Shown: positions 1 through 11,585 of the stretch, piece after piece
Numbering within the stretch: position 1 is the first letter of the stretch
How the letters are laid out: each line of letters begins with the position of its first letter
Origin: Octopus bimaculoides
Lineage: Eukaryota
DNA: 44,729 nucleotides
Reading direction: 5' to 3'
NCBI RefSeq assembly: GCF_001194135.2
Contig: NC_068990.1
Location: forward strand, 58,098,497 to 58,143,225
Made by a program: the position numbers and the translations under genes
The notes under the pieces: model-generated
What the model was told of the DNA's origin: nothing
Seen by the model: only the letters and a program-made list of their open reading frames with translations
Databases searched by the model: none

Positions 1-2086
1 TATATATATATATATATATATATATAGGTGTGTGTACATATATGTATATACTACATACATGTGAAGAATAGAATGCGTGTGTACTTATTTAGACATGTTA
101 ATATGCGTAAGTGATACTCGTAGAAATAAAGCTCTGCTGTGCTACGCATGTACGTATAACCTCCTGGAAATTTATGCACACGTACGCCCCAATCTTTATA
201 GCTGTCTTTCTTTTTGTTTGTCGCGTTCTAGCATACATACATAAACATACACACGTTCAAATGATATATTGCACTCATGTACATGCACTTCAAAATATGT
301 TGTTATCTACACCTTCCGTCACCCCCATAAGACATTCATTTCAACTTACATGTACGTAGGCATATACAAAGAGTGCTACACTTATACTATACGTTATAAT
401 ACATATATGTATATATATATATATATATNNNNNNNNNNNNNNNNNNNNNNNNNNNNNNNNNNNNNNNNNNNNNNNNNNNNNNNNNNNNNNNNNNNNNNNN
501 NNNNNNNNNNNNNNNNNNNNNNNNNNNNNNNNNNNNNNNNNNNNNNNNNNNNNNNNNNNNNNNNNNNNNNNNNNNNNNNNNNNNNNNNNNNNNNNNNNNN
601 NNNNNNNNNNNNNNNNNNNNNNNNNNNNNNNNNNNNNNNNNNNNNNNNNNNNNNNNNNNGTATTTGCTGTGGTATTTTGTCTTTATTTTTATTTATTTAT
701 TTTTTGTTACCGGTTCTGTTCTTGTTACATTTTTTTTGTTTAGTAGTTTTGCTGTTTTTTTTTCCTTTGAGAATTTACTCGAGGAAACTGAGACCTCTGT
801 AAAACCATAATTGCCCTCAGGAAAATTTTCACGGAGCAAATGATCACAAGCGGATAATGTGAGAACCATGTTATTTTCTACTTCATAAATACTCACATGC
901 AATGTTGACTTCTTGCACTTCGCCTTTTCTTTTTCTTTTCTTTTTTTTTTGTTTTGTCTATTGCTTTCTTTACTTTTTTATATTTTACTTCTTTGTGTAT
1001 TTTTTTCCTTGTAAATGATTCTTCGTAGTTTATAGACAAGTAAACTAATATACTTAAATATTTCAGCTTATATATTCTCATTCAGTGATAAATAGAACTC
1101 TCAATAGGCCAGGCACTCGTACACAGGCATGCACACACGCATGCAGGTATGTTTTCGCAAAGATATGTACGCATTAATATTATTCGTATAAACTATATAT
1201 TCCCAAACATATCAGGTAACATGCCGAAATGCGTACACATGATAACACACATTCTGTGCCCATATAGATACATTATACATACATGCATGCACACTTGCTT
1301 ATATACGTGCATACAAACTATATCTGCTTCTCTCTCATATTTGTGTGTGCATATATATATTTGTGTGTGAGCGTGTATGTGTGCGTGTACATGTATATAT
1401 AAACACACATAAGTTTGTATATATGTATATTTATAGCATACATGCATAAACACTTAAGCACACATACACATCGGCTCTCTCCCTCTCACACATACACACG
1501 CGCATATACTGACACGCACACNNNNNNNNNNACACGCGCATATACTGACACGCACACATGCACACACACACACACATATACATGCTTACATACTTGTGTG
1601 TGTTCTATGTACAACTATACTTTATTGTTTCATGTTCAAATGTAATTCATAACCGACCTTAGAAAATAGCCAATTGTTAAATGTTATCTGTAAAATGTCA
1701 AAGATCAAGAAAATACAATTACCACTCTAAGTCAGATATAATTGGTAAAGATCATCCAAACTATATATGAAGTCTGAAAAAAATTCTCCTTTAAAGTACT
1801 TGTTAACTGTCATCATTATCATCGTTATAGTTTGTGCCATCGTAAGTTTCATGCAGTAAGTTTCATGTATGAAAACATTTCTTGTTTCAGTTTTATGAAT
1901 AAAATGCTTTCAGGTTATTCAATGGACTATCTCATTACCTTGGATAGAAGAAACGTTCGTTCTTAAATATTATTGAACTGTATATCTATTTTTCTGTAAA
2001 AAATGTCTATGATAATTTTTGCTGGGCCTAGTAAATATCTTTCTGCACAGTAACTACTTCTAGATTAGGATAAATTTCTTTAACAG

Positions 2087-2172
2087 CCAGGTCTCATGGA
2101 CCCCAAAATAACTTGCAGTATCAGAACATTATTAACACCTGTGTTCCAGCACTTGAGGATTTCATACTTCAC
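2087..2172 (+). CDS. Candidate internal exon, peptide RSHGPQNNLQYQNIINTCVPALEDFILH, product unknown
   Basis: Acceptor aaatttctttaacAG (an alternative AG lies at 2089-2090), donor CAC|GTGAGT at 2173, open frame with ordinary amino-acid composition. No homolog recognised. Confidence 0.4.
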
Positions 2173-2459
2173 GTGAGTATACGTTCTGTTCTTGTTACTC
2201 TTATATGGAACGAGCATACCATGTCACTTAGGCTACATTGTTTGTTTTTACCAACCACTATGGTATGCAACCGGTTGTGTTCAGGTCCAGCATGTCGGAA
2301 CATTATTATTGTTGTTGTGGCTACTGTTATTTTGATATAACTTCTAATGTTAAGTTTAGTACTGATTTTGTTATACAATTTTGTTGTCTTTACTTGTGTG
2401 AGAAGCATTCACTCGACGCGAACTTATTTAAATTACATTGGTTCATAAATTATTCTTTT

Positions 2460-3061
2460 AAAAATGGCATCGTCGAAGGGAAAAGAAGAGGGGCTTGCGG
2501 GATACAATGGAAAGCGTGAAGTAGAGGAATAGAGAAGAAGCTCCCTTCCTGATCACTTTCGCCAAATACGGATTGATTTTGCACAATGTCAAAGAAAAAG
2601 TAAGTAGTAAGAAAAGCCTACGCATCAGAGCAACGATCGCCACGGACAACGCGTCTGGCCTGTTAGTGTTGTGTCTACGCCCCCAGGCGAAGAAGTAGGA
2701 TCTCCAAAGACATATAAATAGAGATAGTCTGGCCGTGGTAGGTGTGTTGAGTAGCAATCGAGTAGCAGTTGTGTAGCGTTGAGTAGAGATCATCCGAAGG
2801 TGCTAGATAACAGTAGCTTGAGACATAACAGTTAGTAACAACAAAAACAATGTATACAGCAACAGTTTATTATATTATCATAATATATTATATTTTTCAA
2901 CCGTTAGTATATATTAATTTCCTTTTATTTCATCTAACTTTATTCTGTCATATATTCTACTATCTATTTTCGCCATACTGTCATTCAGAACGATCCCCTA
3001 TCCGTTCTATATTCATCGATGTTTTGGGGGTGGCAGTGATGTACACTCATTTTTGGATACA
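2460..3061 (+). other. CpG-rich island with TATA box (possible solo LTR or promoter)
   Basis: Many CpGs relative to the flanks, TATAAATA at 2713-2720, repeated GAGTAG, and a ...GGATACA end. No matching TG start or target-site duplication found. Confidence 0.2.
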
Positions 3062-5119
3062 TGTTAGATTATGTCCCTTTCTCAACAAGAGTAACTACTG
3101 TGACATTACTCTAAGGTCTATTATTTGGAACACTGAGCAACTCTCTACTCCGCCAGATACCTCAAAACCACATATTCATTCAGTATATACCTTGGGACAC
3201 CGACCATATTTGTTGCAAATGACAGTGGAAAAGACTACGAAATGACTTAGTTGTTTTAAGCCTAATATCTAACTTAATTCTGTCCTATATTGGTCACGCA
3301 TATTGGTCACCGGTATACAGTTCTGCCGAGTTAAAAATGTGTATAATCTGTTTAACTTGGCTTTGTTAGTTGATTTGCAACAGTTAATCCGAACGATTAA
3401 CAAAGTGCCAAGGAATGAGTAAAAATGCATTTAATTTAATTTTTTAGTAAGATATTACAGTATTCACCAAAGTGTAGTTTACATAAATTATTCAAAAATT
3501 GAAATATTGCATAAAGAATAAGTAACTGGAGAATTAAACGTTTTTCCTCGTGTATTACAAAAGAGGCACTTGTAGTACAACTCAGAGAGATGAAAAATGA
3601 TTTTACTGAATTGTATGAATGTTTCAGCTGGTTATAAATAACATACGAATTTTTAAAAATGATAGCTACTTAATAAATTGGTGCAGACATATATGTGTAT
3701 GATTAAAAAGATCGCTTCGTAACCACGTGTTCGATTCCACTGGTCAGTACGTTGGACAATGCTAGTTTTAGATAATACTTCATGAGTGAAATTTGAAACT
3801 TAGTAGAAAGAAAGTGTGTAGAACTGCATGCTATACATATATATATATNNNNNNNNNNNNNNNNNNNNNNNNNNNNNNNNNNNNNNNNNNNNNNNNNNNN
3901 NNNNNNNNNNNNNNNNNNNNNNNNNNNNNNNNNNNNNNNNNNNNNNNNNNNNNNNNNNNNNNNNNNNNNNNNNNNNNNNNNNNNNNNNNNNNNNNNNNNN
4001 NNNNNNNNNNNNNNNNNNNNNNNNNNNNNNNNNNNNNNNNNNNNNNNNNNNNNNNNNNNNNNNNNNNNNNNNNNNNNNNNNNNNNNNNNNNNNNNNNNNN
4101 NNNNNNNNNNNNNNNNNNNNNNNNNNNNNNNNNNNNNNNNNNNNNNNNNNNNNNNNNNNNNNNNNNNNNNNNNNNNNNNNNNNNNNNNNNNNNNNNNNNN
4201 NNNNNNNNNNNNNNNNNNNNNNNNNNNNNNNNNNNNNNNNNNNNNNNNNNNNNNNNNNNNNNNNNNNNNNNNNNNNNNNNNNNNNNNNNNNNNNNNNNNN
4301 NNNNNNNNNNNNNNNNNNNNNNNNNNNNNNNNNNNNNNNNNNNNNNNNNNNNNNNNNNNNNNNNNNNNNNNNNNNNNNNNNNNNNNNNNNNNNNNNNNNN
4401 NNNNNNNNNNNNNNNNNNNNNNNNNNNNNNNNNNNNNNNNNNNNNNNNNNNNNNNNNNNNNNNNNNNTATATATATATATATATATATATATCAGAAAAG
4501 GCATAAATATTGGGCTTTTAAATATTAATCTATTTCTTTGTGCAGACTTACAGCTGTTTCCTGATAAGCATTATATGCGCGTTTATAGTTCGGTTTACTC
4601 AATTGATCAAGTTTAGTTTACGTTTTTGTTAAATGTGTATTTATACTTCCATTTACTCAGTTGGTCGACTTTTGTTTACGTGTAATTTACTGCTCAATGC
4701 GCGAAATCCGTAGATGATTGTGTTTGTTGAGGTCGTTCAATGTTTTCAATCGATCAATCGACCGATTGTGTAGACGCAACTATCAATGCATATACAATGC
4801 ATATCATAAACAGCTGTAATTCAAAGATGCCCAATTAAAGAAACGTGTAAAGCCACTATTTCTGCCTTTTCTTGTATATCACTCTCAGAAAAATACAATA
4901 TTATCCGGGAAATGCAATCATGGATTTGCAAAGTTGGCTGGTGATAAACTTCAACATTGGATCTCACCTTAGGATTACTTGGAGTTCTATACGAAGCTGA
5001 AAACCTTTTGTTAGCCTGGTGTATTTGCATCAACAGAGAGACTGAGAAGTATTTTCTTCAGATTAAAAATCTCTTATTCATAATTCTTTATTCTGATATA
5101 TATATATATATATTTCATC

Positions 5120-5300
5120 ATGTTTGAACCGTTGATCCCTACACATTGTTTTCTCTCCCCGTGTTCGTTTCGTTATCTCTCCATTTTATTCCTTTCAACC
5201 CTTCCTGTAGAAGAGCGTAGGGTCGAAACCTCAAAGACAAATATTCCTGCTTGTCCCCACCCACCTGTATTCGTCTTTTGTTCTCTGTAAATTTAAACTA
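5120..5300 (+). mobile_element. Penelope-like terminal repeat fragment, family P1
   Basis: Homologous to 15600-15885 and 31865-32045(-): shared GATC..CTACACATT, GAAGAGYGTAGGSTCRAAAC and a ...TTCGTCTTTTGTT..TGTAAATTT.AACTA end. The PLE label is inferred from the hammerhead-like motif. Confidence 0.55.
5201..5236 (+). ncRNA. Degenerate minimal hammerhead-like motif (P1 copy)
   Basis: CTTC-CTGTAGA-A-GAGC-GTAG-GGTC-GAAAC-CTC-AAAG; mismatches in all three stems. Confidence 0.3.
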
Positions 5301-5790
5301 CATATATATATATGTATATATANNNNNNNNNNNNNNNNNNNNNNNNNNNNNNNNNNNNNNNNNNNNNNNNNNNNNNNNNNNNNNNNNNNNNNNNNNNNNN
5401 NNNNNNNNNNNNNNNNNNNNNNNNNNNNNNNNNNNNNNNNNNNNNNNNNNNNNNNNNNNNNNNNNNNNNNNNNNNNNNNNNNNNNNNNNNNNNNNNNNNN
5501 NNNNNNNNNNNNNNNNNNNNNNNNNNNNNNNNNNNNNNNNNNNNNNNNNNNNNNNNNNNNNNNNNNNNNNNNNNNNNNNNNNNNNNNNNNNNNNNNNNNN
5601 NNNNNNNNNNNNNNNNNNNNNNNNNNNNNNNNNNNNNNNNNNNNNNNNNNNNNNNNNNNNNNNNNNNNNNNNNNNNNNNNNNNNNNNNNNNNNNNNNNNN
5701 NNNNNNNNNNNNNNNNNNNNNNNNNNNNNNNNNNNNNNNNNNNNNTATGCAGGTGTATGAAAAAATAAAGCATATACACTGGAATTGTCT

Positions 5791-5824
<34 letters not shown>

Positions 5825-6649
5825 TATATATGTGCTGCGTGGAGGGTGCTGACATACGTTTGCATACACATGAACACACGCATGTGTGAAAAAGAAGAGA
5901 ACGACAGGTGACGATCCCTTGCTAGGCACCCGAGCAGAAATGCAGTGAACCAGTGATTGGCTCGTTGAAAATTATGGAGCCAATGAGGATATCGTCGGAA
6001 AGTTCGATTCTAAAAAAAAAAATAAATACAGGACTGAGATCAATCGACTATTAAATGTTTAGAGTTTCATATTGCAACTACGTATTGAGCTTTCTGTTTG
6101 AAACATTTTAGTATTGCAATAAATTTCAGTAAATTCTGGGAATGGAGTGTAAAAAATATCTGTTTTGTTGTTTCCAGCTTTATTAGAGATCAAAGAAAAA
6201 TGAAGGAAAGATAGTAGAGAATATAGCTTTATATTATCCCTCTTATTTTATTTTAATATATTGCTTTTAATGAATCAAACTTCTAAGATATTGCAAACAT
6301 TCCCGAAAGTGAACTTCGTCACTTAATAATAATAATTATTTTAAAAGTTTGCATTTATCAATCATTAAGAACAGATCAATGGAAGATATACAACTTCAGT
6401 AAACCTCTGAAATTGAACATGCATTTTCCTGTTACACAAAGCGTCTTTATTCTCTTTATTCATTTTAATGAAGTCTAACATAATGTTGGGTAGGTCACGA
6501 CAGCTCCTTCTGCTGTTGGCTTAATGTGACTATTTTAGATTCTTTTGATGAGGACGCCTATTGGATGTAATTATTATACTCTTCGCCGTTCTAAGACATT
6601 CGCAGCCAACACCATAACTCTACGACTCCACATTTGTTTTCTCCACGCA

Positions 6650-6700
6650 CTGTGTATATGTATGTGTATGTATATACACATCTATGTATATAACTATATA

Positions 6701-6758
<58 letters not shown>

Positions 6759-6900
6759 TATATATATACACATATATATACACACATATATATACACACA
6801 TATATATATATCCATATACATGCACATATAAATATGTATATATACACGCACACATATATACAGTTATATGCATATATGGATATGAATATGTGAATGAGTG
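6650..6900. repeat. (TA)n/(CA)n compound microsatellite
   Basis: Read directly; similar tracts occur throughout the window. Confidence 0.95.
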
Positions 6901-7737
6901 GTGTTAGAATCATACATATGTGTGTGTAATTGCGTGAGTGTAGATGAATATATGCACCTATATATGATAAGACTACAACGTATGCATATATTCTTTATAT
7001 CAGGAAATTCGAGATTCATTCTTTCCATTTATATATTTCATACGGAGCTTCGTTATAGACCCCGCAAACTAACTTCTAATCAGTTGTCGAACTCTCTCAT
7101 TAAATAAATACCTCCGTTACAGGAATTATGATGTACATTGTTAGGTCACGTGTGTCTTTTTAACCATACGCGCACACATATATACACACTCACACATCTG
7201 TATGCACACTCATATGTTCACATATATCCCTATACACAAATATATTCACACATTTATGTATATACTCATGCCTTGGCACACACACACTCACTTATATATA
7301 TGGACGTACATAGGTATTATACATATAGCTATGCATATTTAAATAATTAGGTATGTATATATATGTGTGTGTGTGTATTTGTATGTATGTATATATGTTT
7401 ATATGTATGTCTGGGTGTATGTATATAAGTGGCAGTGTGCTTCAAGGGATTAATTAATAGGTAAACATAAAGTATATGGATCAGCACTTTTTAAATTCAA
7501 ATCTTACGAACGTAAATAAGTGATATCGCGGAATGTGTCATCCTGCAGAATCCAGAGACTACTATTCTGTATGCTCCTCCATCAGGATCTAACTGTGAAA
7601 GGATTGATGTTACTACGATAGCAAAAACAAACTGATGACTTGAATTGAACAATGCCGGTCTAAAAGTCTGCATGCCATGTAAATATTATTTACTTAGTAA
7701 TGTTAAGTAATATCGAACTGAATCAAACTGTTATTAA

Positions 7738-7783
<46 letters not shown>

Positions 7784-8299
7784 AATATATTAGAAAACAA
7801 AATAGAAACTACCCGTGGAAATGTAAGGGGAAAGTAAGCAGAAAAATAAGAGAAAATGCACATTGAAAATCAAAAAGAAGGTAAGGCATTTTATGAAAAG
7901 TAACGATATATACATACAATTAGATGAACTGAGGTAGGAATAAAGGTAATAAAAGTCATTATTGTGAGTTATTAAAGAGATTTACAAGCATACCGGTTTC
8001 GTAGTAAAACTATTCATTGCTTTATACATACATACAAGCCTATACATACATCAATATACCTAAGCCAATCTATTTATCTATTCCTGTACACACACACACG
8101 CACCCCACCCCCACATATATATAGTTTAAAATGATATGGAAACAATAGATAGTTACACGTGGGGGAAGAGCAAATACGGTGTATTAGTGTCACGTTAAGA
8201 AAAAATGAAAGAGGCTTTTGATGTTTCGAGCCTAGCCTACGCTTATCAACAGAAGTGAAGAAGAAAAAGAAATGTGCGCGCGCACAAGTGGGCGTGGGT

Positions 8300-8480
8300 G
8301 TGTGTTAGTGTATACTGAATGCTCGAAATGAGGAGTAGATAGACAGCCGGCAACTAATGAAGGGTCGGTTATTTGTCCTGTTTTCCATTTTTTACTCTCG
8401 TTGCGTATTGAACTTGTTTGTTTTCGTATTACCTGTTGTTTACACAGTTGGTGACGCCCTGTACCCATATATGCATATAT
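8300..8480 (+). mobile_element. Short dispersed repeat, family P2
   Basis: Shares CGAAAYG..GAGTAGAT.GACAG...CAACTRATGAAGGG and the 3' end GAYGYCCTGTACC.ATATATGCAT with 9730-9865 and 31680-31860(-). Confidence 0.45.
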
Positions 8481-8762
8481 ATANNNNNNNNNNNNNNNNN
8501 NNNNNNNNNNNNNNNNNNNNNNNNNNNNNNNNNNNNNNNNNNNNNNNNNNNNNNNNNNNNNNNNNNNNNNNNNNNNNNNNNNNNNNNNNNNNNNNNNNNN
8601 NNNNNNNNNNNNNNNNNNNNNNNNNNNNNNNNNNNNNNNNNNNNNNNNNNNNNNNNNNNNNNNNNNNNNNNNNNNNNNNNNNNNNNNNNNNNNNNNNNNN
8701 NNNNNNNNNNNNNNNNNNNNNNNNNNNNNNNNNNNNNNNNNNNNNNNNNNNNATATATATAG

Positions 8763-9077
8763 AAGGTGCACTCCATCGGTTACGACGACGAGGGTCCCAG
8801 CTGATGCGATCAAGCTTGCTCGTGAATTTAACGTGCAAGTGGCTGAGCATTCCACAGACACATGTACCCTTAACGTAGCTTTAAGGGAGATTCAGCGTGA
8901 CGCAGAGGGTGACAAGGCTGGCCCTTTCAAATGCAGGTGCTACTCATTTTTGCTAGATGAGTAGACTGGAGCAACGTGAAATAAAGTGTCTTGCTCAAGG
9001 ACACAACGTGCCACCAGGGACTGAACTCACAACTTTACGATCGTGAGCCGATTGCCCTAACCACTAAGCCACACGCA
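8763..9077 (-). mobile_element. tRNA-derived SINE, family C, near full length
   Basis: Minus strand has A-box-like TGGCTTAGTGG, B-box-like GAGTTCAGTCC and the central block TGTGTCCTTGAGCAAGACACTTTATTTCACGTTGCTCCAGT shared with 36070 and 40342. Confidence 0.85.
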
Positions 9078-9104
9078 CACACACACACACATACACACAT
9101 ACAC

Positions 9105-9151
<47 letters not shown>

Positions 9152-9208
9152 NNNNNNNNNNCACACATGCCCACGAACACACACGATCACGCACACACAC
9201 ACACATAT

Positions 9209-9239
<31 letters not shown>

Positions 9240-9729
9240 CACACACATGCATCCATTCAAATATTATATATGTGTATGTATCACAGCCAAGATTTTAACA
9301 GTAGGGTTTGTAGCTTTTTGTCATAATATGCGCGCGCGCGCGCGTGTAAACAGTACACATATTGCAAAGATATGAGTTTACATGCATATACATGCAGCAT
9401 AGTTATACAGTTGTATCCACATTTCACTGGAATTGCAACAAGAAGTCGACATGTATACATAATACACAGACACGCGAGCGTATACGCGTGCGCGCACACA
9501 CATACACACACATACAAAATTTCATATCTGAATTTGTCTTGAACATCGTTGGTGTGAAGTTTCAAACAAGGTGATGACTGGTTCGCTTCATTGCAGACTA
9601 AGTAAGGGAGAATGGAGTGTTTGTATCTCGATGCAGAACCAACATTGCAAGACATTTCGGCTGAAGTTCATAGGTTTTTCAGTTTCTTCACTGATATTCA
9701 CAGTCTGGTTATATATATATATAGAGTAC

Positions 9730-9865
9730 GTCCTGTCTGGTCTTCGAAACGTCTAGATAGAATAGAGACAGCTGATGAAGGGATATTCCAAGGGGCTTTC
9801 CGTTTTCCTATGTGTTCGTTCCGTTGTCTAGTTTATTGTTCTAACGTCCTGTACCCTGATATGCA
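9730..9865 (+). mobile_element. Short dispersed repeat, family P2
   Basis: TTCGAAACGTC...ACAGCTGATGAAGGG and the 3' end ACGTCCTGTACCCTGATATGCAT match the 8300 and 31680 copies. Confidence 0.4.
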
Positions 9866-10983
9866 TGTATATACACATGTAGATGTAAGTATGTACATAT
9901 ATGTGTGTATACATGTATATATATTCTTTGTATTATTACATTATTGAACGCACACGTCCTATTTTACAAGTAAGTCTACTATTATTCTGACGTGACTATC
10001 TTTCTATCTATCTATCTATCTATCTGTCTATCTATGTATNNNNNNNNNNNNNNNNNNNNNNNNNNNNNNNNNNNNNNNNNNNNNNNNNNNNNNNNNNNNN
10101 NNNNNNNNNNNNNNNNNNNNNNNNNNNNNNNNNNNNNNNNNNNNNNNNNNNNNNNNNNNNNNNNNNNNNNNNNNNNNNNNNNNNNNNNNNNNNNNNNNNN
10201 NNNNNNNNNNNNNNNNNNNNNNNNNNNNNNNNNNNNNNNNNNNNNNNNNNNNNNNNNNNNNNNNNNNNNNNNNNNNNNNNNNNNNNNNNNNNNNNNNNNN
10301 NNNNNNNNNNNNNNNNNNNNNNNNNNNNNNNNNNNNNNNNNNNNNNNNNNNNNNNNNNNNNNNNNNNNNNNNNNNNNNNNNNNNNNNNNNNNNNNNNNNN
10401 NNNNNNNNNNNNNNNNNNNNNNNNNNNNNNNNNNNNNNNNNNNNNNNNNNNNNNNNNNNNNNNNNNNNNNNNNNNNNNNNNNNNNNNNNNNNNNNNNNNN
10501 NNNNNNNNNNNNNNNNNNNNNNNNNNNNNNNNNNNNNNNNNNNNNNNNNNNNNNNNNNNNNNNNNNNNNNNNNNNNNNNNNNNNNNNNNNNNNNNNNNNN
10601 NNNNNNNNNNNNNNNNNNNNNNNNNNNNNNNNNNNNNNNNNNNNNNNNNNNNNNNNNNNNNNNNNNNNNNNNNNNNNNNNNNNNNNNNNNNNNNNNNNNN
10701 NNNNNNNNNNNNNNNNNNNNNNNNNNNNNNNNNNNNNNNNNNNNNNNNNNNNNNNNNNNNNNNNNNNNNNNNNNNNNNNNNNNNNNNNNNNNNNNNNNNN
10801 NNNNNNNNNNNNNNNNNNNNNNNNNNNNNNNNNNNNNNNNNNNNNNNNNNNNNNNNNNNNNNNNNNNNNNNNNNNNNNNNNNNNNNNNNNNNNNNNNNNN
10901 NNNNNNNNNNNNNNNNNNNNNNNNNNNNNNNNNNNNNNNNNNNNNNNNNNNNNNNNNNNNNNNNNNNNNNNNNNNNNNNNNNN

Positions 10984-11041
10984 GTCTTGGGGAAATTTCA
11001 AACCTGGGTTCTCATTTCTAAGGTATTTTTTTGATGTTATC

Positions 11042-11100
<59 letters not shown>

Positions 11101-11285
11101 TGAAAATACCTAAGGAATGAGAAACCAAGTTCGAAATTTCTCCAAGACACCTAATGAAGGCTGGAGGGTATATCAGCCGAAACGTTGTTAACAACAAACA
11201 AGATGACAAATATCCGTCAAATATAAATAATGTAAATAATGTACATAATTCCTCATCTCTTAAATATAGAACTGTAAAAATGCTC
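10984..11285. mobile_element. Fold-back element (family P3): inverted arms around (AAT)n, right arm continuing into a hammerhead-like motif
   Basis: 10984-11038 is the reverse complement of 11097-11148 (6 substitutions plus one short indel region). The left arm runs into the N gap. Confidence 0.65.
11147..11190 (+). ncRNA. Minimal type I hammerhead-like motif (P3)
   Basis: ACAC-CTAATGA-A-GGCTG-(10 nt loop)-CAGCC-GAAAC-GTT-GTTA: perfect 5-bp stem II, palindromic ACGT stem III, G5 changed to A, stem I only 2 bp. Confidence 0.45.
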
Positions 11286-11289
11286 TTAT

Positions 11290-11290
<1 letters not shown>

Positions 11291-11371
<81 letters not shown>
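11291..11371. repeat. (CA)n microsatellite
   Basis: Pure run, read directly. Confidence 0.97.
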
Positions 11372-11374
<3 letters not shown>

Positions 11375-11514
11375 ATGTCATATCCACCGTTACAAGAAAT
11401 ACATATGAGTGTGTGTGTGTGCACATATATATATATACATACACACATATTTAGATATATTTAGTGAGAGAAAAACAGATAGATAGGCAGTGACAACGCT
11501 AGAGAGCCAACGAG

Positions 11515-11585
11515 AGAGTGAGAGACAGATAGACAATAAAAGAGTGAGTGAGAGACAGATAGACAATACAAGAGTGAGTGAGAGG
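11515..11585. repeat. Roughly 30-bp tandem unit GAGTGAGAGACAGATAGACAATAMAAGAGT, 2+ copies
   Basis: Read directly. Confidence 0.8.

Noticed and set aside
693-1081. Lys-rich minus-strand ORFs (693-902 and 893-1081)
   Set aside because: They are driven by poly-T tracts on the plus strand; no recognisable domain or consistent splice sites.
1496-1557. 26-bp direct repeat either side of a 10-N gap
   Set aside because: Most likely an unmerged contig overlap; treated as an assembly artefact.
6539-6566. 28-nt exon-like segment (D)SFDEDAYW
   Set aside because: Splice signals are acceptable, but it is too short to distinguish from chance without RNA data.
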